Made by a program: the position numbers and the translations under genes. Below the pieces are notes generated by a model that was not told the origin of the DNA, searched no databases, and saw only the letters and a list, made by a program, of their open reading frames with translations. Positions 19,020 through 29,439 of a DNA stretch of 41,831 nt are shown here, in pieces. Source of the DNA: a virus (lineage: Duplodnaviria > Caudoviricetes); the IMG/VR virus record IMGVR_UViG_3300027772_001925, positions 1-41,831 of that record; one strand, written 5' to 3'. Positions within the stretch are counted from its first letter, which is position 1, and each line of letters opens with the position of its first letter.

Positions 19020-19400
19020 TTAATTTTCCTCGTATTTAAAGAGTATTTCTTTGTTTGTTATTTTTAATAACGGATTGTTTTTAATTAGATCAATGTTTAT
19101 ATCAGGAAAAAACGATAATTGTAATCCCCGATATTTATACTGCTTATATAAATTATAGTCTCGTCTAGCTGCTAGTTTAATATATTGTATTTTAAATAAT
19201 ATATCTGTTGATTTATCTGCAAACAGGGAGAGTGGATTTAGTATAAAACAGTTACCAGCTAGTGATACTTTACTAGGTTTAACCTTAGAGTATTTAAACG
19301 GTAATTTTTTAGAATAGTGATACTCTAACATAACCATAAACTTACTTGCATCACCATCTGACTGCTCTTCAAGAGTTTTTAGGTTAAAGAATAGAGCCAT
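19020..19400 (-). CDS. T5-like conserved hypothetical protein
   Basis: Start reassigned to MALFF, downstream of the promoter at 19420..19448. Confidence 0.7.
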   Translation of the reverse strand: MALFFNLKTLEEQSDGDASKFMVMLEYHYSKKLPFKYSKVKPSKVSLAGNCFILNPLSLFADKSTDILFKIQYIKLAARRDYNLYKQYKYRGLQLSFFPDINIDLIKNNPLLKITNKEILFKYEEN

Positions 19401-19419
19401 AATTACTGCTGGAAGATAT

Positions 19420-19448
19420 ATTATATCATTGTTAGAATACATTTGCAA
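19420..19448 (-). promoter_or_regulatory. Sigma70-type promoter TTGCAA-N17-TATAAT
   Basis: Consensus spacing. Confidence 0.75.
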
Positions 19449-19457
19449 GTGTATTTT

Positions 19458-20753
19458 TTACAAGCCCAGTATCTCCCAGCCCTTTCTCATATAAAATGCT
19501 ATACGATCTTTATTTTGTTTTCTATCACTTGCTCCACTAAACTGCATATCTAGAACTAGAGGTGATATTTTATTTTCGTGTTGTCTCATTATACGTCCAA
19601 TAATTTGCTCTAAAAGACCATCATTGGCTATTGGTACAGCTAAAATCACACAACTTAATATATTTACTGATATGCCTTCTGCAAATATTTGACGGCTTCC
19701 AGCAATGCAACTTTTTTGTCCTGATTCGACTTGTTCTTTAAGTAGGACTCTTTCTTCATATGTTGTCCCCCCAGTAATGCACACACACGTTTCACCAATT
19801 AGTTCTCCTACTTGTTGTAAAAATTCTACTCTATCAGCAACTATAAGCACTTTGTGCCCTTTAGCAATCTGTAAGTTTGCTGCTGCCGCTATAAATCTTT
19901 GATAATCTGTGTCGTATAATAAGTTATTTATTTTCTTAACCCAAGTCTCGCCAGGAGATAGGGCTATTCCTGTACGAACTATTTGTACTTTTGGAGTAAG
20001 AGTATTTTCTTGCGGTGGTTGATATAGTTTACTACCAAAGAAGTCTCGAAATAGTACTTGTTTACCGTCTTTGCGCTGCATTGTACCACTAAGACCTATT
20101 TTATATCTAGCATACATGCCGTCTATAAAAGCAGTAAAAGTACTTGCGGGGCAATGATGTGCTTCGTCAACTATTACAGTACCAAACTCTTTACAGATCT
20201 GTGGCACTAGCTTAGTTAAAGTCTGTATATTACCAACTACTATTGAGTGATCTATATCAAAACTGCCAGAACCTATAACTCCTACGGGCATTTCAAATAA
20301 TTTTTCTACTTCTTCTATCCACTGATCTCTAAGCATTGTATTGTGACATACAATTAACGTCTTTTGCCCAAGTTTTCGTGCAATGTGTAAGGCAGTAAAT
20401 GTCTTACCCCAACCTACCATTGCGTTAATAAAGCAAGTATCATCAACTTCATTAAATACATCAAGCTGTGTTCCTCTTAGCGGAAACTTAGGGTCAGGAA
20501 ATGGAAGCTCACATACTATTCTTTTATCTACAATTTCATAACCTTCAGGTATTAAATCTAGCCTACCTACCGGTATAGACATAACACTTTTAGGCAACAC
20601 TTTGTAATTCTTAACTATATCGTACTGTATAAAGTGACTTTTAGCACCCGGAATATTTCTTCTAATTTTATATGTAAGCGTACTTATTAGTTTTTTTGCT
20701 ATTTCAGGCGTAACATCTAAGTATATTTTATTTGATATTATTGCTTTTGGCAT
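19458..20753 (-). CDS. SF2 helicase (T5 D10-like)
   Basis: VGWGKT, DEAHH, GLSGT, QIIGRIMR. Confidence 0.92.
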   Translation of the reverse strand: MPKAIISNKIYLDVTPEIAKKLISTLTYKIRRNIPGAKSHFIQYDIVKNYKVLPKSVMSIPVGRLDLIPEGYEIVDKRIVCELPFPDPKFPLRGTQLDVFNEVDDTCFINAMVGWGKTFTALHIARKLGQKTLIVCHNTMLRDQWIEEVEKLFEMPVGVIGSGSFDIDHSIVVGNIQTLTKLVPQICKEFGTVIVDEAHHCPASTFTAFIDGMYARYKIGLSGTMQRKDGKQVLFRDFFGSKLYQPPQENTLTPKVQIVRTGIALSPGETWVKKINNLLYDTDYQRFIAAAANLQIAKGHKVLIVADRVEFLQQVGELIGETCVCITGGTTYEERVLLKEQVESGQKSCIAGSRQIFAEGISVNILSCVILAVPIANDGLLEQIIGRIMRQHENKISPLVLDMQFSGASDRKQNKDRIAFYMRKGWEILGL

Positions 20754-21304
20754 TATATTTTTCTCCAGGTTTTTGAGTATGCCTGATTATAAAAGCCATA
20801 TAAAATCAGAGATTTACCATAGTGTAGAATTCCAGCATATCTATTAGCAGTATCAGGAGTATATAAAGCCTTAAATCTAGTACTTAGATTTTCAACTTCT
20901 ATTATTGCTCCTCCAGTTTTAATTGGTATCACATCTGTAACTTTATGAAAGTGTAATTCGGCTTTAGTAGACTTTATGTATTTAAATGTTTTGCCTTCTG
21001 AATCTATAAACCAAGTATGCGGTGTAGATAGCTTTATTAAATCACCTAAAAAATAGATAGCTTTACTTATTTTAAATAGTTCTGCACCCTCTGCTTTTAA
21101 TTTAAGTCTACGTAAAGCTAAACTATCTTTTTTTATGGTTAAATCATCTACTATTTTTAATTTACTTACAACTTCTTGTTCGTCTGAAATATATTGATAG
21201 AGGTAAAATACTACTCCATCAATACTTTCTGGCTTAACTAGACCTAGCTTAAATATTGGATAAGCTAGTTCCTTCAACGAAATACTGTTTATCGAATTTT
21301 CCAA
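20753..21304 (-). CDS. T5-like conserved hypothetical protein
   Basis: Between polymerase and D10 as in T5; start uncertain. Confidence 0.65.
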   Translation of the reverse strand: MENSINSISLKELAYPIFKLGLVKPESIDGVVFYLYQYISDEQEVVSKLKIVDDLTIKKDSLALRRLKLKAEGAELFKISKAIYFLGDLIKLSTPHTWFIDSEGKTFKYIKSTKAELHFHKVTDVIPIKTGGAIIEVENLSTRFKALYTPDTANRYAGILHYGKSLILYGFYNQAYSKTWRKI

Positions 21305-23534
21305 AGCTATAATCCTGACCTATTTCTTGATCTACACCGATTGGATATCCTTTAATAGAACATCCTCGGTCTTTTTGTGTGTTACGCTTTAGTATTTCAC
21401 AGTATTCTTCTACACACTCATCTTTAACTAAAGCAACTATTGAGTCATGTACTAACATAAAGATTTTTGCATCAATACCCTTAGCTTTAACTTCATTAGC
21501 AGTATCCATAGCACCAAAAAGATTCATGTCAGATGCTAAGGATTGTATTTCTGCGTTGATTCCGCTTCTGACTTCATGGGCCGCAATTCCTTTGTCAGAG
21601 GAAAACACATTGATAAGACGACGCTTCCTGCCAAAGAAGCTATAAGTATAACCATTAGCTTCAATAAATTCTTTGCGCGATTTAAGCCACTCTTTAAGTT
21701 TATTAAACTTATCAAAGTAGGATTTAATATCTTGCTTTGCTCGATCGATACCATAATATTCTCCTGTTGATTTAGATACTGTATCAGAAACTTTCTGCGG
21801 CCCTGATCCATATAAAATGCCGAAAGAAATTGCTTTAGCAGATTGACGCATAGATCCAAACTTACTTTTTACATCATCTACTTCGCAGGTTAAGTCAAAA
21901 ACCATTTTAGCAATAGTTGAGTGAAAGTCCCCACCTGAAATAAATACTTGTTGTAGGTTTTTATCATTGCTTAAAACAGCAGCATAATACATCTCAGCTG
22001 TTGTTAAGTCCTGGCTTACAATTTTGTAGCCATTAGGTGCTTTGATACATCCTTTAATAATTGGATTATCTCTAGGGATTTGCTGAGCATTAAACTTGCC
22101 ACTACTAGACAGACGCCCACTAGTGGTAAAAATAAGATTAAAGTTTGTACGAATGCGTTCATCTTTATCTAACTCCGGTAAAATCTTACTGATATATGTA
22201 TTTTTAATCTTTCCTAGCTGCCGTACTTTAAGTATAGCTGCTGGCAGAGGGTGTTCTTCTGATAGCTCGGTAAGTACTTCAACGTCTGTGGATATTGCTC
22301 CAGTTCCTGTTTTCTTACCAGTTGGTGTGAGTTTAACATAGTCAAATAGTACTTTACGCAACTGTTGGACGGAGTTTGGATTAAATATAATTCCTGCGTC
22401 TGCTTCAAATTGCTTAACATGTTCAAACCCATAAACTTCTTGCTTAGCCTCAGCTATTTGTTTATCTAGAAAGCCTTCAGCCGCTAACATTCTACTGCGG
22501 TCAATAGGGATTCCTACTTCTTCCATATCCATTAAGAATAGTGTACCTGGAATTAGAATTGTTTTATATACTGTTAATATTTTTGTATTCTTTTGTAAGT
22601 TTGGCCAGAACTTATTAAATAATGTAATTGTTACAGCAGTATCGATTGCGGCATACTTTGAAATTACATCAAAGGGTATCAAATCGTAGGTAAAATCTTC
22701 AAGAAGCATACCTTTACTGGAACAATAGGACTTTTTAAAGTCATCTAGTTCTGCATCATAATCACCATATTCAGTGTATTTTAATGCTAACTGCTTTAGT
22801 CCGTGACTGTCATTTTCATCTAGAGCATAGTGCATTAACATTGTATCATGCACTCTAGCTCTGTTAAATTTAATACCAATATGATATTCAATCATTTTAA
22901 TATCAAACTTCATGTTATGAAATACTATATCGTATTTCTTAACGATCTCTTCTAAAAGATCAGTACATATACTATCAAGACAATCAGTAGATATGTAAGC
23001 ACCGTGTTTATCCTTATAACTGATAGACAAACCCAGTACATAACCATTTCTAGGATATAAAGCTGTAGTTTCAGTATCCATTGCTACATAGCCTTCGGCA
23101 TTTTCTAAAACTTCTTTTAGAAACTCTATAGCTTCGGCTGTGTCAACAATACCAAGATATTTACCAGTAGCACTAGCATTGCTAATGGAACCTTCAATAT
23201 ACTTGTGGATACGATCTACTGATCTTTGGAAATCCGGTTTTCCTTCTGGCTTAAAATGAAGCATTGATGGATTAGTAATACAAACGAATTTGTCGTGCAT
23301 TAGTTGTCCTGCATAATTAGTTACTGAACTAATTTTTGCATACTCTTTAGCTGCTTCAGAACCTACTAAGATTACTAGATCATACTCTTCTAAATAAACT
23401 TCTAAGTCAACATCTTTTTTCAATAGTTTAGTAATTGGTACTGAACTCATATGATAAAGGTCAAAATCAAAGTTAAAATGATTACTATAGTTATTTTTAC
23501 TAGGGGCTTTGTCTATAATTGCAATTTTTTTCAT
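21249..23534 (-). CDS. polA: DNA polymerase family A with 3'-5' exonuclease
   Basis: DTETT, HNMKFD, YAAID; TSGRLSS; DLTTAE; RQSAKAISFGILYG; VHDS. Confidence 0.97.
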   Translation of the reverse strand: MKKIAIIDKAPSKNNYSNHFNFDFDLYHMSSVPITKLLKKDVDLEVYLEEYDLVILVGSEAAKEYAKISSVTNYAGQLMHDKFVCITNPSMLHFKPEGKPDFQRSVDRIHKYIEGSISNASATGKYLGIVDTAEAIEFLKEVLENAEGYVAMDTETTALYPRNGYVLGLSISYKDKHGAYISTDCLDSICTDLLEEIVKKYDIVFHNMKFDIKMIEYHIGIKFNRARVHDTMLMHYALDENDSHGLKQLALKYTEYGDYDAELDDFKKSYCSSKGMLLEDFTYDLIPFDVISKYAAIDTAVTITLFNKFWPNLQKNTKILTVYKTILIPGTLFLMDMEEVGIPIDRSRMLAAEGFLDKQIAEAKQEVYGFEHVKQFEADAGIIFNPNSVQQLRKVLFDYVKLTPTGKKTGTGAISTDVEVLTELSEEHPLPAAILKVRQLGKIKNTYISKILPELDKDERIRTNFNLIFTTSGRLSSSGKFNAQQIPRDNPIIKGCIKAPNGYKIVSQDLTTAEMYYAAVLSNDKNLQQVFISGGDFHSTIAKMVFDLTCEVDDVKSKFGSMRQSAKAISFGILYGSGPQKVSDTVSKSTGEYYGIDRAKQDIKSYFDKFNKLKEWLKSRKEFIEANGYTYSFFGRKRRLINVFSSDKGIAAHEVRSGINAEIQSLASDMNLFGAMDTANEVKAKGIDAKIFMLVHDSIVALVKDECVEEYCEILKRNTQKDRGCSIKGYPIGVDQEIGQDYSFGKFDKQYFVEGTSLSNI

Positions 23535-24385
23535 ATTTTTGTATATTCTATTAAAGAGTTTACATCCTCTTGTGTGATTACGCCAGGGTCTTGACCTTCT
23601 GGCAAATCAATAATTTCTGTTAAAAATCCTGCTTCCTCAATCAGAGGTTTAATTTTTCTAGCGGCTTCTCTGCCTGCGTCGTCTCCATCATAAAGAATAA
23701 ATACTTTTTCAATACCCATTACCTTATAACTTAACATTTTCTCTTTTACATCATTTAGTAGTTTTGAAGTACCAAAGGTACAAACTGTATTCCTTAACCC
23801 TTTATCATAACAATTAAGCATATCAAATATGCCCTCTACTAGAATAATAGTTCTATACTTTTCTTCAAATTTTGCAGGAAATAGTGGTATAGTTACTCCA
23901 CTAGGGTAGTTAACATACCTAGGATTACCGTTAGACATACTATGTCTACCTACATAGCATACTGTTTTACCTCTAACATCAGTTATTGGGAATACAATAC
24001 GATCTATCATCTTTTCTACTTGATCTGTTTCAAATGCTTTAAAGTGCCTCAAAGTCTGAACGGATACATTTCTAAAAGATTTGTTAATAGGTTTAGCCCC
24101 CTCTAGCGGATCTAGGCCGTTAGAAGACTCTTTTAAAACATTTAACTTTTCTTTTAACTTTGCTATTCTTACAGAGACATTGTTTGTTAATAGTCCGTAG
24201 TATTTAAAAATATTAGTTTTAAATCCACAAGAAAAACAGTGAGCAATTCCCGTAGATCTATCTATTCTAAAACTTGGATTAGAATCATTATGATCTGGAT
24301 TAAAGCAAGATGTAACATAATCTCTTCCAGATACTGAAAAAGCAACACCCTTATCTTTGAGTAGGTCTAGTACTGGATCGCTCAT
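23531..24385 (-). CDS. DNA primase (Zn finger plus TOPRIM)
   Basis: C...H...CFSC; VEGIFD; YDGDDAG; DPG. Confidence 0.93.
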   Translation of the reverse strand: MSDPVLDLLKDKGVAFSVSGRDYVTSCFNPDHNDSNPSFRIDRSTGIAHCFSCGFKTNIFKYYGLLTNNVSVRIAKLKEKLNVLKESSNGLDPLEGAKPINKSFRNVSVQTLRHFKAFETDQVEKMIDRIVFPITDVRGKTVCYVGRHSMSNGNPRYVNYPSGVTIPLFPAKFEEKYRTIILVEGIFDMLNCYDKGLRNTVCTFGTSKLLNDVKEKMLSYKVMGIEKVFILYDGDDAGREAARKIKPLIEEAGFLTEIIDLPEGQDPGVITQEDVNSLIEYTKI

Positions 24386-25764
24386 TATGTGTCCCAGGGT
24401 AAGTCTGCGGCAGGCTCGTCTACCTTACCTGCTCTTTTAATCTTTTTTGGTTTTTCTTCTTGTGCAACTGGCTTTTCAATAGATATTGGACTAATACGTA
24501 GGCTTTCCCAATCCATACCGCTTGTAAATTTCATCTCTTTGGCGCCGCGAATTTTTGTGGTTTCAAAACTCATTGCTGCATCTTCTTTGGTATTGGCTTC
24601 CATCAACAGCGCAATATCGGCTGCATCAAGAATACCTTTAGCAAAGCGAGTTTCTCCACTATTATCAATCTGATATGGACTAACCATAACAATATCATAT
24701 TTTCGTGCCATCTCTTTTAGTTTCTTAGAAATAATAATCTGGGGTTGCCAGTCAAACTGACTAGCTCCCTCAACTACAATTTGATTTAAGTAATCAATAA
24801 CTGCAACTGCGAATTTATCTCCAAAGCGAGACTTCATTTTACCTAAGTGTAAATCGATCGAACTTAGGGTCAGTGCCCTATCATCAATAATTACCATTTG
24901 ATTGTGCTCTTTAAGACTGCACTCTCTAACCAAAGATTCTTCAAACTTATATTGATCCCTATCTTTGATAAAATCCATTACTAATTTGTCTGAGTCTTCG
25001 TACATTTCTGCACGAGATTTAACCACTTTTAATAGTTCTGCATCGGTTAATGTGTTATTTTTAAGATTTTGATGATTGACATTAGCTAAAATACTCATAT
25101 TACGTTGCAGCGTTTCGTGCGCTTCCATTTCAATAGTGAAATAGATACAGGCATTTCCTGCCTCATACTGATTAATCATAATATTACTACAAGTAATAGA
25201 TTTACCAGAACCACGTTTACCGCCGATTAATATAAGCTCTTGTCTAGCTACACCGCCTAGTACGGAATCAAAAGTATTATTAAGACCAAGATGTACTCGA
25301 TTCTTGGCTAGTTCATCAGGTCGAATAAATACCATGATATCATTCATGGTATAAACACCCTCTGTTGTTAGAGTTTTTTCATCTAAGGTTAGTACTATAC
25401 TCGCTAAATTATCTTTAATTTCTGTACTATCGTATACTGGTAATTTATCAATAAATTTATCTAGTAAGGCAATAGCTTGATTTTGAGTATACTGATCTAT
25501 TAGAGCATCTAATGCTACATCGGCAGTAATGTCAGTCTCATCAATAAGACGAAGGGTCGCTAACGTTTTTTGCGCCAACCCCTCTCTAGCAATAGCATCT
25601 AAGTCATCGAACGACGGTATAGTACTATACTTATCATAGTATCTAGTAATTAAACTATATACTGAGGAGTAGGCAGGGTCAAGAAACGCGAGCTTTAATT
25701 TGCTCCAAACATCTAAATTCTTTTCAATTAGTAGTTTATTAATGACAACTGCGCTAATATCCAT
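24385..25764 (-). CDS. Replicative DnaB-like helicase
   Basis: GGKRGSGKS, FTIEM, IDYLNQ, SPYQ. Confidence 0.9.
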   Translation of the reverse strand: MDISAVVINKLLIEKNLDVWSKLKLAFLDPAYSSVYSLITRYYDKYSTIPSFDDLDAIAREGLAQKTLATLRLIDETDITADVALDALIDQYTQNQAIALLDKFIDKLPVYDSTEIKDNLASIVLTLDEKTLTTEGVYTMNDIMVFIRPDELAKNRVHLGLNNTFDSVLGGVARQELILIGGKRGSGKSITCSNIMINQYEAGNACIYFTIEMEAHETLQRNMSILANVNHQNLKNNTLTDAELLKVVKSRAEMYEDSDKLVMDFIKDRDQYKFEESLVRECSLKEHNQMVIIDDRALTLSSIDLHLGKMKSRFGDKFAVAVIDYLNQIVVEGASQFDWQPQIIISKKLKEMARKYDIVMVSPYQIDNSGETRFAKGILDAADIALLMEANTKEDAAMSFETTKIRGAKEMKFTSGMDWESLRISPISIEKPVAQEEKPKKIKRAGKVDEPAADLPWDT

Positions 25765-26063
25765 TACTCTACCTTACTTTCATTGTCAATAATTACTTGG
25801 TCTAAAATTTCCTCTAACTTATATAGAGTTTCATTACGTAATTTTTGAATACTAGCTTGATAGCCAAATTTATCGTCAAATAAAATGCCAAGCTGTTGGT
25901 GTGTTATAATTTGTTGTAAACCAAAGTATATTAAGTCGTGAGGTTTATTAGACTCAGGAGTAATATCTACTTTAATTGATTTACCATAGTTGTGTTCTGC
26001 TTGTTTAACCACCTCTTCAACAGTGAACGACTCTGTATCGTGGTATGTAATTGTTATTTTCAT
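25764..26063 (-). CDS. Hypothetical protein
   Basis: Start reassigned to MKITITY; the track's upstream start lies in a terminator. Confidence 0.65.
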   Translation of the reverse strand: MKITITYHDTESFTVEEVVKQAEHNYGKSIKVDITPESNKPHDLIYFGLQQIITHQQLGILFDDKFGYQASIQKLRNETLYKLEEILDQVIIDNESKVE

Positions 26064-26072
26064 AGTAGAAAT

Positions 26073-26110
26073 AAAAAAGGCCAAGAGCTACTAAATAACT
26101 CCTGGCCTTT
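26073..26110 (-). terminator. Rho-independent terminator
   Basis: aaaggcca / tggccttt stem with U tract. Confidence 0.7.
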
Positions 26111-26131
26111 GAATAACCTTAAGGGTTACAA

Positions 26132-26875
26132 TTAAGCTGCTTTAGCTTCGGCCTTAGCCTTCTTAGCTGCACCATCGTAGTCCTTAACGGTAATACCACG
26201 GCGAGTAAGTAGGGTCTTAAGACCACGTTCTGTCTTGTCGACAGCTTTAGCAATTTCAGCAACTGTCATGCTAACGATATCATTACCAAGTGCTTGCACT
26301 GGATCAATTACGTTTTTAGCATGGCTATCTTTTTGTGCAGGGATACGGTCAATCTGACCCTTGCGTGTCAAGCTGAGTGCTTTACCACGAACTGAAGGAA
26401 TGCTTTTACCTAGGGTAACTGCGATTTCTTCAATGAATTTTCCTGCTTGAGCCATTTTGATAAATACGGCTTCTTCTTGCTCTGTGTATGTACGAGCAGC
26501 TTCAACTTTTTCAGCTGGCTTAACATTGCCAGTCAATTCCAAAGCAAGTAACTTGCCTTGAATTTGCTTAGCAGTGAAAATACCACCTTGGAAGCGTTCA
26601 GCAATATCCTTATAGGTCATTGCACCTGCATTGCTTGTTACCAAGTTAGACAGTGCAGCGCCCTGCTCAGGTGTAAAGGCAGAAACCTTTTCCTTAGCCA
26701 TAGAAGCAACTTCACGGTCTAGTTGACGCAGTTTTGCACCTACTGAACGCACTGTTACGCCCAGGGCTTCAGCTGCTTGCTCAACCCGCTCGACACTTAC
26801 TGGACTCTGGTTGCCAACGATGGACAAAAGTTGAGCGACAGCTTGGTCAGACCATTTTTTAGCTTTTTCAGTCAT
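26132..26875 (-). CDS. T5 D5-like DNA-binding transcription regulator
   Basis: Repeated HTH units (RSVGAKLR, KQIQGKLL, SVRGKALSL, RGLKTLLTRRG); synteny with ligase. Confidence 0.85.
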   Translation of the reverse strand: MTEKAKKWSDQAVAQLLSIVGNQSPVSVERVEQAAEALGVTVRSVGAKLRQLDREVASMAKEKVSAFTPEQGAALSNLVTSNAGAMTYKDIAERFQGGIFTAKQIQGKLLALELTGNVKPAEKVEAARTYTEQEEAVFIKMAQAGKFIEEIAVTLGKSIPSVRGKALSLTRKGQIDRIPAQKDSHAKNVIDPVQALGNDIVSMTVAEIAKAVDKTERGLKTLLTRRGITVKDYDGAAKKAKAEAKAA

Positions 26876-26890
26876 TTATTTTTCTCTTTT

Positions 26891-27646
26891 TTAAATTTTT
26901 GATACAAAATCTTTTAGATTTGTTACTATTGTTACGCCATATTCTTCTGCTTTTTTGCGTTTTGTACTTCCTTTATCTTCCTCATCTATTAAGTATTTTA
27001 AAGTCTTTGTTACAGACTCTACTACTATCAAGCCTGCGGCTTCCAATATCTTGGTCGCTTCGGCTTTTGTTTTAAATGAAGTCAATTTACCCGTAATGCA
27101 TACAGTGGGGCCGTCTACATTACTAGGTTTAACTTTGTCGGATTTGAAAGAGAATGGCAAGAACTCTTTCATTTCTGGGTATTCCAGATTAATCCAATTC
27201 AGTAAGTTAGAAGTAACTTTCTCTCCAAGACCTGCTTGTTTACAAGTTTCTTGGGTAATTTCTTCTATAGAACCAACTACACTGGCAATTTTTTTAGAAG
27301 CTGTCCCACCCACTAAGGGGATTGAGAAAGCGGCTAAAACGGTGGCCAGATCAGCACCTTTAGCTCGTTCGATTTCATCTAAGAGCTTATCCGCTACTTT
27401 TTCACTACCAAGGGACTCAATAGCTGAATCTCTATCTAAGTAAAAAAGTTCTGTAATATCAGCTAGACCAAGTTTCTCGATAGTCTTTGGGCCGAAACCT
27501 TTAATACCAAGAGTTTTTGTAAAATGTTCTAGCTTTTTACCTAATTGAGCCTCGCAGGATAAATTTCTACAAAACAGTTGTTCATTAACTGTTTCTAGAT
27601 TATAGGAACAGCATGGACAAGTTGTAGGAATTTCAATCTTTTGCAT
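26891..27646 (-). CDS. ligB: NAD-dependent DNA ligase subunit B (Zn finger, HhH, BRCT)
   Basis: CPCC...FCRN..C, GIKGFG, VCITGKL, SVTK, KAEEYGV. Confidence 0.9.
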   Translation of the reverse strand: MQKIEIPTTCPCCSYNLETVNEQLFCRNLSCEAQLGKKLEHFTKTLGIKGFGPKTIEKLGLADITELFYLDRDSAIESLGSEKVADKLLDEIERAKGADLATVLAAFSIPLVGGTASKKIASVVGSIEEITQETCKQAGLGEKVTSNLLNWINLEYPEMKEFLPFSFKSDKVKPSNVDGPTVCITGKLTSFKTKAEATKILEAAGLIVVESVTKTLKYLIDEEDKGSTKRKKAEEYGVTIVTNLKDFVSKI

Positions 27647-27668
27647 AGTTTTTTCAATTTAAGTAGTA

Positions 27669-27697
27669 ATTATACAGGAAATGGAACGCTTTGACAA
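27669..27697 (-). promoter_or_regulatory. Sigma70-type promoter TTGTCA-N17-TATAAT
   Basis: Upstream of ligB. Confidence 0.75.
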
Positions 27698-27744
27698 GTC
27701 TATTTTTTGTATGCCTGGAGCACAGCTCGAATGATTGAATTTTG

Positions 27745-28698
27745 TTATGCTGCTACCTTGTGAGTAATACAGGGAATAATTTCTCCACCTAGTACTACAC
27801 CTACACGATCGCCTATACAAATATCCAACATCTCTATGAACCCAGGATTATTAAGAGTTGCTTTGCTAACTAACTTATCACCAATATAAATAGGATCTAA
27901 GTGAGCTACTGGAGTAACTTTACCAGACTTACCAACACTCCATTCAACAGATAAGATTGTAGTTTCAATGGCCTCTTGACGCTCTTTTCTAGCGTAAGCC
28001 CCCCGAGGATGTTTAGATGTATACCCTAGACTTTCAAAGTGTTCGTTATTGTTTGCTCTAAATACTAGCCCATCGCAGGGATAAATATTATGCAAATCTT
28101 TTTCTAAAACAGTTTGAAATCCTTGAGTAGTTAACAATACCATATCTCTAACAAATGTAGTAGATTGATACGGATAAACACCATATGCATAAAACGACAC
28201 TGCACGAGTTTTAAATTCATTTAAATCTTTTAGATTTAAAGAACCTGCTGCATAGTTACGGCTATTAGGTATTTCTTTAATGGCTACAACTTCGCCAGTA
28301 ACCTGAAACATATCTAACCTTGGTACCGATAAAGGTACTAGGTCTTTTCTAGCAATAAACTTTTCTGTAATATCTGTGCCTTCAATACCATCGCCACGAG
28401 TTAGTGCTTGTACTAGAAGGCCATTGACATAAAGAAGACTTACTGCTGCACCGTCTAGCTTAGGGGTTGTACTAATATCAGTGATATCTTTTAGAGGGGC
28501 TTCGCCTTCATCGGCATAGTACTTTTGCAAACTATACATAGGGTATATGTGTTTTGCAATATTTTCGTGCTGTTTAGCACCCACCTTAGTATAGCCAGAA
28601 CTTTCAGCTAGACGATCAAAGGCCTCATCAGAGATGATAGGGCTGCCAGAATAGTAAGATATTGAGGCTTCGTCTAGGTAGGCTTTTAATTTATTCAT
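27745..28698 (-). CDS. ligA: NAD-dependent DNA ligase subunit A (adenylation plus OB domain)
   Basis: MYSL, KLDG, TRGDG..G.DIT, GEV, RNYAAGSL, DGLV, GEIIP. Confidence 0.93.
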   Translation of the reverse strand: MNKLKAYLDEASISYYSGSPIISDEAFDRLAESSGYTKVGAKQHENIAKHIYPMYSLQKYYADEGEAPLKDITDISTTPKLDGAAVSLLYVNGLLVQALTRGDGIEGTDITEKFIARKDLVPLSVPRLDMFQVTGEVVAIKEIPNSRNYAAGSLNLKDLNEFKTRAVSFYAYGVYPYQSTTFVRDMVLLTTQGFQTVLEKDLHNIYPCDGLVFRANNNEHFESLGYTSKHPRGAYARKERQEAIETTILSVEWSVGKSGKVTPVAHLDPIYIGDKLVSKATLNNPGFIEMLDICIGDRVGVVLGGEIIPCITHKVAA

Positions 28699-28705
28699 AA
28701 CTTAT

Positions 28706-28734
28706 ATTATACAATATTAAGCAATAAACTTCAA
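28706..28734 (-). promoter_or_regulatory. Sigma70-type promoter TTGAAG-N17-TATAAT
   Basis: Upstream of ligA. Confidence 0.7.
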
Positions 28735-28736
28735 GT

Positions 28737-29378
28737 TCAAATTTTGAAATTTATTAGACACTTTACAAAAGTACTCATATGTACTGCATGAACTGGGTCG
28801 TAGTAGTCAGGCATATTGCCTTCTTCATACCACCAGCTTAGAGCTTCCGGGTGACAACCAATAATACCAACATTATCTTGAATGATAGCCATAGCATCAC
28901 CATTAGCGTACTTAGCAACAACTTCCATGTCTTCACCAATGATAGCGCACCCATCATAGAAATACATAGTTTCATCTAAGCCCATCCAAGTAACATATGC
29001 TATGGTTGGGCCTTCAGTAGTAATATCACTAGTAGGTCGTTCAATGTATTGGCCAATCTGCAGGTTTTGGGTTAGATCGAAATATCTTTCTCCTGCCCAG
29101 TATGCTCCCATGCAGATACCTAAGTACTTACCACCATTATCCACATAGTTTTGTACTACTGTTATATCTTCATCAGTAAAGATATCAAAGAAATCTTCAG
29201 CATCTCCCATTCCTCCTGGAAAGCATACTGCATCAAACTGAGCTAAAAATTGATGGCTAAGGTTATTAACACCAAAAGTTCTGATATCAAAATCACGAAC
29301 CAAACCGTCAATCATGCCCAAAGCACATTCAGTTTCACATTGTGGTTCGTGAATAAAAATTGCAAGTGTCGGTTTCAT
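28737..29378 (-). CDS. Class I glutamine-amidotransferase-like protein (BPL_N family)
   Basis: FPGG, GGKYLGICMGAY, HPE. Confidence 0.85.
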   Translation of the reverse strand: MKPTLAIFIHEPQCETECALGMIDGLVRDFDIRTFGVNNLSHQFLAQFDAVCFPGGMGDAEDFFDIFTDEDITVVQNYVDNGGKYLGICMGAYWAGERYFDLTQNLQIGQYIERPTSDITTEGPTIAYVTWMGLDETMYFYDGCAIIGEDMEVVAKYANGDAMAIIQDNVGIIGCHPEALSWWYEEGNMPDYYDPVHAVHMSTFVKCLINFKI

Positions 29379-29402
29379 GGTTTTATCCTTAATCTAAGAT
29401 AT

Positions 29403-29431
29403 ATTATATCAAATTATAGAGTATAAGTCAA
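29403..29431 (-). promoter_or_regulatory. Sigma70-type promoter TTGACT-N17-TATAAT
   Basis: Upstream of the BPL_N-like gene. Confidence 0.8.
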
Positions 29432-29439
29432 GTCTAATT

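Noticed and set aside
21249-23534. Inteins, introns or homing endonucleases in polA, nrdJ or the helicases
   Set aside because: Genes are contiguous and of normal length; no splice-junction, LAGLIDADG or HNH motifs seen
11879-27443. Short alternative-frame and antisense ORFs within nrdJ, D13, D11, D10, polA, helicase and ligB
   Set aside because: Fully nested in well-supported genes with no recognisable motifs
26891-28698. Split NAD ligase as a frameshift or novelty
   Set aside because: A two-gene ligase is the established arrangement in T5-like phages
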